Part shown: positions 18,966 to 27,281 of the stretch, in pieces
Numbering within the stretch: the stretch's first letter is position 1
Layout: each line of letters opens with the position of its first letter
Source of the DNA: Flavobacteriales bacterium
GTDB taxonomy: Bacteria; Bacteroidota; Bacteroidia; Flavobacteriales_F; PHOS-HE28
Assembly (NCBI GenBank): GCA_016716605.1
Contig: JADJWA010000001.1
Coordinates: 2,805,684 to 2,869,683, forward strand
Reading direction: 5' to 3'
Length of the DNA stretch: 64,000 bases
Program-made: the position numbers and the translations under genes
The notes under the pieces: generated by a model
Seen by the model: the letters and a program-made list of their open reading frames with translations, nothing else
Told to the model about the DNA's origin: nothing
Database searches by the model: none

Positions 18966-19379
18966 ATGCGCGCGCTCCTCTACGTGCTGTTGCTCTCTTC
19001 ATGCGGGGTTGGCTTCAGGCCCTCCGATGAGGCCTCGATCCGATCACTGATGGCTGAACAGGAAGCGGCCTGGGACCGTGGTGACATCCCCGGCTTCATG
19101 ACGGCCTATTCCGATAGCATCTGCTTCCACAGCCCCAGGGGCAATACCTGCGGCAAGCAGCAGGTCATGGAGAACTACATGCGCTCTTACCCCACGCCGG
19201 AGCACATGGGCGATCTGCAATTCGGAATCCACGAGGTGGTGCCCGCTGGCGCGGACCATGCCTGGCTTTCGGGTACTTGGGCGCTGCACCGCCAGGCAGA
19301 TACCTTGAAAGGGGCCTTCGCGCTGCTCTGGGCGAGGCAGCCGGAGGGCTGGAGGATCATCAGGGACCACACGTATTGA
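18966..19379 (+). CDS. lipoprotein, SnoaL-like/DUF4440 (NTF2 fold) family
   Basis: The N-terminus LLLSSCGV is a lipobox. The motif AEQEAAWDRGDIPGFMTAYSD...GWRI is typical of NTF2-like DUF4440. The start is the internal ATG of ORF 18699..19379. Confidence 0.5.
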   Translation: MRALLYVLLLSSCGVGFRPSDEASIRSLMAEQEAAWDRGDIPGFMTAYSDSICFHSPRGNTCGKQQVMENYMRSYPTPEHMGDLQFGIHEVVPAGADHAWLSGTWALHRQADTLKGAFALLWARQPEGWRIIRDHTY

Positions 19380-19382
19380 CCC

Positions 19383-20015
19383 ATGCTCGACGAGACCGGC
19401 GCCCCCATCACCCTACTGCTGTTAGGTGCCAGTATCGTATTGTCCTTGCTTGCCTTCGGGAACCAGAAGCTCTTCAGCGACCTGCTCTTCGAACCCTTCG
19501 TGATCAAGGCTCGCGGGCAATGGCACCGCTTCATCACGCACGCCTTCATCCACGCGAATTGGCCGCACCTGTTGGTGAACATGTTCGTGCTCTTTGGCTT
19601 CGGGCAGCATGTGGAGCAAGCGCTCTGGTTCTACGCCCCGGCCGCGCCGGCGCTCGCCTTCGCCACGCTCTACCTTGGTGGGATCCTATTCTCTTCGCTT
19701 CCCGCATACAGGCGCCACATCCATGATCCGAACTACCGCGCTGTGGGGGCTAGCGGTGCTGTCTCAGCAGTGCTGTTCGCGTACATCTTGATGACGCCCA
19801 CCAACGCCATCCGCTTCCTGTTCATTCCGGCGCCCATACCGGCTTGGGTCTTCGGTGGTCTCTACTTGGCTTACAGCTGGTACATGGACAAGCGCGGCCA
19901 GGACAACGTGGCGCACGATGCCCACTTCTACGGCGCCGTGTTCGGCCTGGTGTTCATGATCGTTCTCGACCCGGGCATCGTGGCCGAGTTCATCACGCAG
20001 ATCCTCGGCGAATGA
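19383..20015 (+). CDS. rhomboid-family intramembrane serine protease
   Basis: HAFIHANWPHLLVNM, GASGAVSAVLFAY (GxSG catalytic Ser) and HFYGAVFGL (catalytic His), with six TM segments. Confidence 0.75.
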   Translation: MLDETGAPITLLLLGASIVLSLLAFGNQKLFSDLLFEPFVIKARGQWHRFITHAFIHANWPHLLVNMFVLFGFGQHVEQALWFYAPAAPALAFATLYLGGILFSSLPAYRRHIHDPNYRAVGASGAVSAVLFAYILMTPTNAIRFLFIPAPIPAWVFGGLYLAYSWYMDKRGQDNVAHDAHFYGAVFGLVFMIVLDPGIVAEFITQILGE

Positions 20016-20509
20016 GCTTGCGCCCCGGACTCTTCCTGGACCGCGATGGCGTGATCAACCGCGAGCGCGGGGAGCATACCTGGCGCATGGCCGATTTCGA
20101 ACTGCTGCCTGGCGTGGCCGAGGCCGTGCGCTCCGCTGCAAATGCTGGTTATGCCGTGGTGGTAATCACGAACCAGAGCGGGATCGGGCTGGGATTGTAT
20201 GGGCACGCCGATGTGACTGCCCTACATGAGCGACTGGAATCCGGATTGGCCGCTTCAAGCGCGCGAATCGACTTGGTCCTTTACTGCCCGCACCACCCCT
20301 CGAAGGGCAAGTGCCTTTGTCGCAAGCCCGGGGGCCTGCTTCTGGAGCGGGCGATGGCCCGCCTTGGCATCGATCCGGCGCGTTCGGTAATGATCGGAGA
20401 CCGCGAGCGCGATGTCCAGGCAGCCGGATCTGCAGGCGTACGGGGCGTGCTGGTGCCTGCCAATGGCGATCTGAGCATGACCGTGAAGCGCGAACTTCGC
20501 CCCGCATGA
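20012..20509 (+). CDS. gmhB: HAD-IIIA phosphatase, GmhB-like (D,D-heptose 1,7-bisphosphate phosphatase family)
   Basis: FLDRDGVIN (DxDG motif), VVITNQSGI and GDRERD. The ATG overlaps the rhomboid stop (ATGA). The longer ORF from 19844 is an upstream extension. Confidence 0.65.
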   Translation: MSLRPGLFLDRDGVINRERGEHTWRMADFELLPGVAEAVRSAANAGYAVVVITNQSGIGLGLYGHADVTALHERLESGLAASSARIDLVLYCPHHPSKGKCLCRKPGGLLLERAMARLGIDPARSVMIGDRERDVQAAGSAGVRGVLVPANGDLSMTVKRELRPA

Positions 20510-21348
20510 CCGAATGGGTGGACCATAACGGCGACCTGCACCCGGCCGATGAACCCGTGCTCCGGCTGGACAATCGCGCATTCCACTTCGGTGATGGCCT
20601 CTTCGAGAGCATCCGCGTGGTGGGGGGCATGCCTTGTTTCCTCGATGCGCATTGGGCGCGCATGAGCACCGGCGCTGACCTCCTGAGGATCACCTTGCCG
20701 CAAGGCCTCGACCGGCAGCGCTTCGGTGAGGCGGTGCAGGCCATCATCCAGAAATCGGGCATCGCAAGCGGGCGCATGCGCTTCACGCTATACCGCAGCG
20801 GCAGCGGGTATTACCGCCCGCAAACCGACCAAGGCGCCTACACCATCGAACTCAAGCCGATCGAAGAGCCGCATCACGTGCTCAACCCGAACGGACTGCT
20901 GGTTGACATCTGGCCCGAGATGCGCAAGCCGGTGAACGAGCTCTCGCGGCACAAGACGCTCAATTGCCAGTACTACATCATGGCTGCGCTATGGAGCCGG
21001 GCGCGCGGCCTCGATGATTGCCTGCTGCAGAACGATCGCGGCAACATCATCGAGAGCAGCGCGGGCAACCTCTTCATCGTGAGCAATGGCGTGCTATACA
21101 CGCCATCGCTCACAGACGGCTGCTTGGGCGGTGTGATGCGCGCGCAGGTGATCAACCTCGCCATCGCCAATGGCATCAAGGTGTATGAGTGCTCCCTGAA
21201 CCCGCAGAACCTGCTGGCGGCCGACGAGCTGTTCTTCACCAACGCGATCCAGGGCATCCGCTGGGTAGGCGGATACCGAACCAAGCGCTACACGCACAAG
21301 ATGGCGGGTGCCCTCACGGACCTGCTGGTGCAAGCCACGGCTAATTGA
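20506..21348 (+). CDS. class IV aminotransferase (branched-chain/D-amino acid aminotransferase or ADC lyase family)
   Basis: Fold-type IV PLP enzyme pattern (FHFGDGLFES, ESSAGNLF, GVMR). It is coupled to the upstream stop by ATGA. Confidence 0.65.
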   Translation: MTEWVDHNGDLHPADEPVLRLDNRAFHFGDGLFESIRVVGGMPCFLDAHWARMSTGADLLRITLPQGLDRQRFGEAVQAIIQKSGIASGRMRFTLYRSGSGYYRPQTDQGAYTIELKPIEEPHHVLNPNGLLVDIWPEMRKPVNELSRHKTLNCQYYIMAALWSRARGLDDCLLQNDRGNIIESSAGNLFIVSNGVLYTPSLTDGCLGGVMRAQVINLAIANGIKVYECSLNPQNLLAADELFFTNAIQGIRWVGGYRTKRYTHKMAGALTDLLVQATAN

Positions 21349-21925
21349 GCGAAGGATCCTCCGGGAAATTGGCCAGCGGCGCGAAGGCACGGCCCATGCC
21401 GCGCAGGGTGTTGCCCCAGAGCGCTTCCACGCGCCGGTCCATCACGCGACGGCGATCGGCCGGGGCGATCAGCCAGGAGCGGTCGCCGAGCTCTTTCTTG
21501 AGCTGATCGGGCCCCCAGCCGCTATAGCCCACGAAGAAGCGTACATGCTTGCTGAGCTTGGGGTCCGTGGCCAGCAAGGAGCGCAATTGCTCATAGTCGC
21601 CGCCCATGTGCACCCCGTCCACCACTTCGGCGCTGCCCTCAATGGCCTTGCCCAGCGTGTGCAAGTAGTAGAGCTCCCCGCTCTGCACGGGCCCACCGAT
21701 GCCCACGTGTGCATTCACGGGCGGGAAATTCTCCATGAGGTCGTTGATGGTGATGTCCATGCGACGGTTCAGCACGAAGCCGAAGGAGCCCTCCTCATTG
21801 TGGTCGCAGAGCAGCACCACCGTGCGCCGGAAGTAGGGGTCCGGGAGGTATGGCTCGCTCACGAGAAGCCGGCCGCGCGAAGGAAGCAGGCGATTCTCCG
21901 GGTCGAAGTCGAGCAAATGGCCCAT
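21341..21925 (-). CDS. YqgE/AlgH family protein (UPF0301)
   Basis: RTVVLLCDHNEEGSFGFVLNRR...GGPV...LH...GYSGWGPDQLKKEL matches the family signature. The start is chosen at MGHLLDF. Confidence 0.7.
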   Translation of the reverse strand: MGHLLDFDPENRLLPSRGRLLVSEPYLPDPYFRRTVVLLCDHNEEGSFGFVLNRRMDITINDLMENFPPVNAHVGIGGPVQSGELYYLHTLGKAIEGSAEVVDGVHMGGDYEQLRSLLATDPKLSKHVRFFVGYSGWGPDQLKKELGDRSWLIAPADRRRVMDRRVEALWGNTLRGMGRAFAPLANFPEDPSLN

Positions 21926-22035
21926 GCGGTGCGGAAGATAGCTGGGATGCGTGTCCGGCACCAAGGGCGAGCGAGCACCGGTCACCGCAGGTTGTTTGCA
22001 GGTATTTGATGGCCTTTGGAACTGGACACTGATCC

Positions 22036-23151
22036 ATGGCCGACATTCGCGCAATGAGGTGCCTGCTCTTCGCACTGTTGCTGCCTTCCCTCGCGGAGGC
22101 GCAGCTCATCACGCCAGAACTGCTCTCCGTGCTGCCCGTGCAGCTGAATGAGACCAGCGGCTTGGTGGTGATCGATGGCGCGGTGTGGACGGTGCTTGAT
22201 AGCGGCAATCCGCCAGCGGTGCTGCAGGTTGATCCTTTGAACGGCACCGTCACGCGCACCGTGCAGCTCATCGGCGCGAGCAATATCGATTACGAGGACA
22301 TCACGGCTGATGGCAATTGGGTCTATGTCGGTGACTTCGGCAATAACTCGGGCTCGCGCACGGATCTGAGGATCTATCGCATCCCTCGATCGGCGCTGGA
22401 GGATGAAGGTGTGACCGCTGCGCAAGTGGATACGATCCGGTTCAGCTTTGGCGATCAGACCGACTTCACCCCAGCCTTCAACAATACCAACTTCGATTGC
22501 GAGGCCTTCATCGCCGATGATGACAGCCTATTCCTATTCACCAAGCGATGGATTGACGAGAACACGCGGCTCTATGCGCTGCCAGCTGCGCCCGGAACGC
22601 ATGTGGCCAGCGTTCACGGCGATCACGACACCGATGGGCTGATCACGGCCGCTTCATGGGATGGCGCTGGTCGTCTTGTGCTGCTCGGGCATGAGGATGA
22701 TCCAGGCCAGCCTTTCATTATCCACTTCAATGCGGTGCAGGGCCACGATTTCTTCGGACAGCCCGGCATTCGACGCGAAGTGGACCTCTTTGACCACCAG
22801 ACCGAGGGCATCGCTTGGCTCACGCCCGATGATTGGATCCTGAGCAACGAACTGGCGAACGGCTTCCCGGCGGCGCTCTGGAGCATTGATGTCATGTCAA
22901 CGAGGATCGCTTCACCATCGGGCGACCGGATACGGGCCTATCCCATTCCTGCGAGCGATCGCATCAGCTTTATCGGCCCACACGGAACCATGCGCGTGGA
23001 ACTGCATGATGCGTCCGGGCGAATCGTCCTCGGCTCCCAAGAGATCATTGATGGGCAGGTGGACGTGTGCGATTTGGCTGCTGGGCGCTACGTGGCGCGC
23101 ATCGCTTGCCTTGGCAGCGAGTTTCGTTTGCCCGTGGTGATCGCGCGCTGA
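22036..23151 (+). CDS. secreted beta-propeller-like protein with T9SS C-terminal sorting domain
   Basis: Signal peptide (LLFALLLPSLAEAQ). The C-terminal ~80 aa (MRVELHDASGRIVLG...LAAGRYVARI) resemble a Por/T9SS type A CTD. Confidence 0.55.
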   Translation: MADIRAMRCLLFALLLPSLAEAQLITPELLSVLPVQLNETSGLVVIDGAVWTVLDSGNPPAVLQVDPLNGTVTRTVQLIGASNIDYEDITADGNWVYVGDFGNNSGSRTDLRIYRIPRSALEDEGVTAAQVDTIRFSFGDQTDFTPAFNNTNFDCEAFIADDDSLFLFTKRWIDENTRLYALPAAPGTHVASVHGDHDTDGLITAASWDGAGRLVLLGHEDDPGQPFIIHFNAVQGHDFFGQPGIRREVDLFDHQTEGIAWLTPDDWILSNELANGFPAALWSIDVMSTRIASPSGDRIRAYPIPASDRISFIGPHGTMRVELHDASGRIVLGSQEIIDGQVDVCDLAAGRYVARIACLGSEFRLPVVIAR

Positions 23152-23152
23152 G

Positions 23153-23506
23153 CTATTCTGACCGAACGGGAGCATCGAGCAGCACTACATCCAGCTTGCG
23201 GTGGGTGTAGGAGCGTTGCAACGAGGCCCGTTTCTCATCGGCTTCGTCCTTGGTGCCGAAGAGCAGCACGTCGAGGTTGTCATCGGCGATGTCCTTCAAC
23301 TCAGCGTACTGCTCACGGAACTGCGCTGCGAGCTTCATTTTGCTCATGGCTTCGCTGGTCTCGATCACCGGAGTGATGCAGACCGGGCTGCCGCTGCGCC
23401 AATTGCCGATGGCTAGGCTGTAGATGGTGTTCTGGGCCAAGGCGGAAAGGCCACAGAGCAGGAGTGCGAAGGAGAGGAGGTTTCTCATGGCGTTCTCGTT
23501 GCGCAA
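23153..23506 (-). CDS. small secreted hypothetical protein
   Basis: Signal peptide LLSFALLLCGLSALAQ. 117 aa. Confidence 0.4.
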   Translation of the reverse strand: MRNENAMRNLLSFALLLCGLSALAQNTIYSLAIGNWRSGSPVCITPVIETSEAMSKMKLAAQFREQYAELKDIADDNLDVLLFGTKDEADEKRASLQRSYTHRKLDVVLLDAPVRSE

Positions 23507-23514
23507 AGATTGTT

Positions 23515-25809
23515 CTATCGCACCTCAATCTCATCCAGGAACATCCATGCCGGGTTGCCTGCTCCAGGGAAGCCCTCGGGGATATTGCCAGCGTGCTTCA
23601 CCACGAAGCGCACGTAGCGCGCCTTGCCGCTCTTCTCGATGCCCAAGCTGTTGCGGCCCATGCCTGCGCTCACCTCAGCGGAACCGAATGCGGTGTACGT
23701 CTTCCCATCGCTGCTCACAAGGAACTCCCCCGCCTTGGGCAGATGGATCCAGCTATGCGTCTCGTTGAGCGCTCCGATGGCGATGCGGCTGATGTCCTGC
23801 AAGCTGCCCAGATCCACCGTTATGGTGACGCCTTCGCGCCAGCCCAGCCATTCGGTGCTCACACGCTTCTCCTGCGCGGTGATGCCATCCACCAAGGTGA
23901 AAGCGCCGCCTTCGTTGTAGCGCTCGTTGGGCGGGACGCTCAAGATGATGGGGCGGGCGGTGGCGAGGTTGAACGTGTATGTCCGTTTGGTGACGTCTCC
24001 AACAGCTTGGCCACCTCTGAAGACCGATGTGAGAAGTACTCTGCTCGAACTAAACTCGAAGGGTTGGGAATATCTGAGCTTCTTGTTCAGGGGCAACGCA
24101 TCCGGATGGACCATTCCAGAGAGGGCGTCGGAGGGGTAGGGAAGGAGCATGTACTGAATGGAATCAGCCAGTGGACTGCTTAGTTCAATTTGGATTGCCC
24201 CGGATCGACTCGAATTCTTCGCCCTGACCGACACATAATACACGCTATTGGAGAAACGGACTCCTAAAGCATCGAGCCTCAGGAACTCCTTCTCCAATCG
24301 CTGGATGAAATCCGCCTCATCCCGCTTCGCCTTCGGCGTCCACAGCACTTCCGCCAATGCGAGAATGCGCGGCACGGCCATGTACTCCACATGCTCGGGT
24401 GTGAGGATGTACTCCGTCCACACGTTGCCCTGCGCGCCGAGGATGTATTTGTGCTCATCGGGCTTCAGTTCTGTGGGGATGGGCTCGTAGCTGTACACCT
24501 TCTGCAAGGTGGTGTAGCCGCCGATGGCCAACGGTTCGTTCGCGGGGTTGCCTTGGTAGTGATCGAAATAGCAATGGCTGCCGGGGCTCATGACCACATT
24601 GTGCTTCTGCTTCGCTGCTGCCACACCGCCTTCCGTTCCGCGCCAACTCATCACGGCCGCGTTCGGCGCCAGCCCGCCTTCCAGGATCTCATCCCAGCCG
24701 ATGATCTTCCGGCCCTTGCTGTTCACGAACTTCTCGATGCGCTGGATGAAGTAGCTCTGCAGTTCGTGCTCGTCCTTCAAGCCGTGCGTTCTCATCCGCG
24801 ACTGGCATTTTGCGCAGGTCTTCCAACGCTCTTTCGGGCATTCATCACCACCGATATGGATCAGCTCGCTGGGGAAGAGGTCCATCACTTCGGTGAGCAC
24901 ATCTTCCAGCACGGTGAACACGCTGTCGTTGCCCGCGCAGAACATATCGTCGAAGACGCCCCAGCCCTTCTGCACTTCGTAAGGTCCGCCCGTGCAGCCC
25001 AGTTGCGGGTAACTCGCCAGCGCGGCCAAGGCATGCCCCGGCATCTCGATCTCCGGCACCACGGTGATGTGCCGCGCTGCCGCGTAGGCCACCACATCGC
25101 GGATCTGCTCCTGCGTGTAGAAGCCACCGTAGGGAATGCTGTCGTATTCGCGCCGACTGTACGGTCCCACCTGGGATCCGCTGCGCCAAGCGCCCACTTC
25201 GGTGAGCTTCGGGTACTTCTTGATCTCGATCCGCCAGCCTTGGTCCTCCGTGAGGTGCCAGTGGAAACGATTCATCTTGTAGCGTGCCAGCAGGTCGATG
25301 TACTTCTTGGTGAATTCCACGCTCCAGAAGTGGCGGCAGGCATCGAGGTGCATGCCCCGCCATGGGAAGCGCGGCCAATCGGTGATGATGAGGCAAGGGA
25401 GGTTGCCGGTTCCGCGGCCCTGCTCCAGCAATTGGATCAGCGTCCGGCTTGCCCGGAAGAGGCCTTCCTCCGACGTTGCTATGACCGAGATTCCATCCGG
25501 TGCGACGTGTATGCTGTGCCATTCATCCGGCAGAATGGTATCCGGTTGGATGCGATTGAATTGGATCCGGAGCGGCAGAACGCAATCCTTGGTCTTCGGT
25601 AGCTGCAGCGGAGCCAGTTCCGCTTGAAGCAGATCGAATAATCCCTTGGAGGTAGATTCGCTCACCTCAACCTGCCACGGGCAGCCCAAATCCAGCGTGC
25701 CGGGCTCCATCCGCAATTCCACGGGTTTCGGAATGAGGTTCGGCTCGGTCGGAGCTTGTGCCAAGGCGCTGGACGCCAATAGGAATAGCAAGGCTGGGGT
25801 GATGCGCAT
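23515..25809 (-). CDS. GH20 beta-N-acetylhexosaminidase with C-terminal discoidin (F5/8 type C)-like domain
   Basis: HIGGDE catalytic motif (ELIHIGGDECPKERW), signal peptide MRITPALLFLLASSALAQ, and GH20 N-terminal domain. Confidence 0.8.
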   Translation of the reverse strand: MRITPALLFLLASSALAQAPTEPNLIPKPVELRMEPGTLDLGCPWQVEVSESTSKGLFDLLQAELAPLQLPKTKDCVLPLRIQFNRIQPDTILPDEWHSIHVAPDGISVIATSEEGLFRASRTLIQLLEQGRGTGNLPCLIITDWPRFPWRGMHLDACRHFWSVEFTKKYIDLLARYKMNRFHWHLTEDQGWRIEIKKYPKLTEVGAWRSGSQVGPYSRREYDSIPYGGFYTQEQIRDVVAYAAARHITVVPEIEMPGHALAALASYPQLGCTGGPYEVQKGWGVFDDMFCAGNDSVFTVLEDVLTEVMDLFPSELIHIGGDECPKERWKTCAKCQSRMRTHGLKDEHELQSYFIQRIEKFVNSKGRKIIGWDEILEGGLAPNAAVMSWRGTEGGVAAAKQKHNVVMSPGSHCYFDHYQGNPANEPLAIGGYTTLQKVYSYEPIPTELKPDEHKYILGAQGNVWTEYILTPEHVEYMAVPRILALAEVLWTPKAKRDEADFIQRLEKEFLRLDALGVRFSNSVYYVSVRAKNSSRSGAIQIELSSPLADSIQYMLLPYPSDALSGMVHPDALPLNKKLRYSQPFEFSSSRVLLTSVFRGGQAVGDVTKRTYTFNLATARPIILSVPPNERYNEGGAFTLVDGITAQEKRVSTEWLGWREGVTITVDLGSLQDISRIAIGALNETHSWIHLPKAGEFLVSSDGKTYTAFGSAEVSAGMGRNSLGIEKSGKARYVRFVVKHAGNIPEGFPGAGNPAWMFLDEIEVR

Positions 25810-25941
25810 CGGGCTAAAGGTCGTGCCGGCGCGTGCTTCGGGGGACCTCCTTGGCACAAGGCCGGAGCCTTGATGTGCTCTTCGCCCGGAAAAGCCCATA
25901 TTTGCGCCCCCAATTCCGGGGACCTAAACACAAACCGCGAC

Positions 25942-26511
25942 ATGCCAACTCGCATCCGCCTTCAGAGAAAAGGCAAGAAAGGCCGGCCCTACTACCATTT
26001 GGTGGTGGCCGATTCCCGCGCTCCGCGCGACGGGAAGTACATCGAACGGATCGGTGCCTATGATCCCAACCAGAATCCCGCATTCATCGAGATCAATCGC
26101 GATAAGGCGCTTGACTGGCTGGAGAAGGGCGCGCAACCCAGCGATACCTGCCGTGCGATCCTGAGCTATACGGGAATCGTTTACCGCAACCATCTCAATG
26201 GCGGGGTGAAGAAGGGCGCGTTCACGCAAGAAGAGGCCGACCGCCGTTTCGATGCGTGGATGAATGAGAAGAACGCCAAGATCGAGAGCAAGCGCACCAA
26301 GCTCGCCGATGGCGCCGACAAGGCCGCCAAGGACCGCGTGGCCGCAGAACTGAAGAAGGCCGAGGAGATGGCCGCGAAGCTCAGCGCCAAGCTGGCTGCT
26401 TCCGCCGCTGCTGAGGTTGCCGCTCCTGCTGCCGAGGAAGCTCCCGCCGAAACGGCTGCTGACGCGCCCGCCGAGGCCGCTGCAGAAGGCGATGCCCCTG
26501 CCGCCGAGTAA
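25942..26511 (+). CDS. rpsP: 30S ribosomal protein S16 with Ala/Glu-rich C-terminal extension
   Basis: MPTRIRLQRKGKKGRPYYHLVVADSRAPRDGKYIERIGAYDP is the canonical S16 N-terminus. The ~90-aa low-complexity tail is AAELKKAEEMAAKLSAKLAASAAAEVAAPAAEE. Confidence 0.9.
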   Translation: MPTRIRLQRKGKKGRPYYHLVVADSRAPRDGKYIERIGAYDPNQNPAFIEINRDKALDWLEKGAQPSDTCRAILSYTGIVYRNHLNGGVKKGAFTQEEADRRFDAWMNEKNAKIESKRTKLADGADKAAKDRVAAELKKAEEMAAKLSAKLAASAAAEVAAPAAEEAPAETAADAPAEAAAEGDAPAAE

Positions 26512-26530
26512 TCAAGCACGCTATTTATCA

Positions 26531-26567
26531 GAAGCCTCCCGATCCGTCGGGGGGCTTCTTTATTTCC
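26531..26567 (+). terminator. rho-independent terminator after rpsP
   Basis: gaagcctccc-gatccgtc-ggggggcttc stem-loop followed by tttatttcc. Confidence 0.55.
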
Positions 26568-27090
26568 TCCCCTTCGGTTTCGAAGGCTCCGGCCCTTTGC
26601 CCACCTGGAAATGGCCGGTCTCGAATCGCCGCAGCAGCTCAGCGATCCGCTTGGCACGTGTGGGCTCGGTCTTGGCGCTGCCCACCCAGTAGCACATGCT
26701 GCGCTTCATGCCGGGCGTGAGCTTGTCCCAAGCCGCCTTCATCTCCGGGATGAAATCGAGTGTTTCCGCCAGTTCAGCCGGGATGCTGATGCGGTCAGGC
26801 TCGGGGTCCAGCCACAATTCCATTTTCACCGGTTCGCCAGGCCGTTTGATCCCGGCTTGCCGGCGCAGGTCTCCGCCGAGCACAATGATGTGGTAGCCGC
26901 TCTTCGTGGGCATCAGGGCGCGGTCCGCGGCCACACCATTGACCAGGCAGTTTACACGTACCTCGCCGCGCTTGCCGAAAAGCTCCTTCACATCGTGCGG
27001 GAACTCCACGTAGCTCCACGCGAACCGGCCCGTCATGCGCTCCAGCGGGGCCGTGAACTGGAAGACCGGAGGACTCTTCTTCGCTGTCAT
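26560..27090 (-). CDS. DUF1905 plus YdeI/OmpD-associated (bacteriocin-protection) family protein
   Basis: VFQFTAPLERMTGRFAWSYVEFP (DUF1905) and IPEMKAAWDKLTPGMKRSMCYWVGSAKTEPTRAKRIAE (YdeI-like). The start is the internal Met of the longer ORF. Confidence 0.55.
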   Translation of the reverse strand: MTAKKSPPVFQFTAPLERMTGRFAWSYVEFPHDVKELFGKRGEVRVNCLVNGVAADRALMPTKSGYHIIVLGGDLRRQAGIKRPGEPVKMELWLDPEPDRISIPAELAETLDFIPEMKAAWDKLTPGMKRSMCYWVGSAKTEPTRAKRIAELLRRFETGHFQVGKGPEPSKPKGRK

Positions 27091-27281
27091 GGTGGCTGGT
27101 GCAAGTGTAGCTTTTGGTATAGCGCTGCGCGGTGCAGGGAATAGGGTTCTCGCGGGCCGCTGTTCGGCGCACCGACGGCCTGACCGACAGGTTCGCGTTG
27201 ACAAGGCTTCGGCCCCGGCACGGGATCGGGTAGGCCGCGCGCGATCTTCGCGCACTCCTAAGACGGCTAAATCCAGGAACC

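Noticed and set aside
19844-20011. N-terminal 56-codon extension of the gmhB-like ORF
   Set aside because: The extension overlaps the rhomboid gene in another frame and is Arg/Pro-rich. The conserved HAD domain begins right at the ATGA-coupled Met at 20012.
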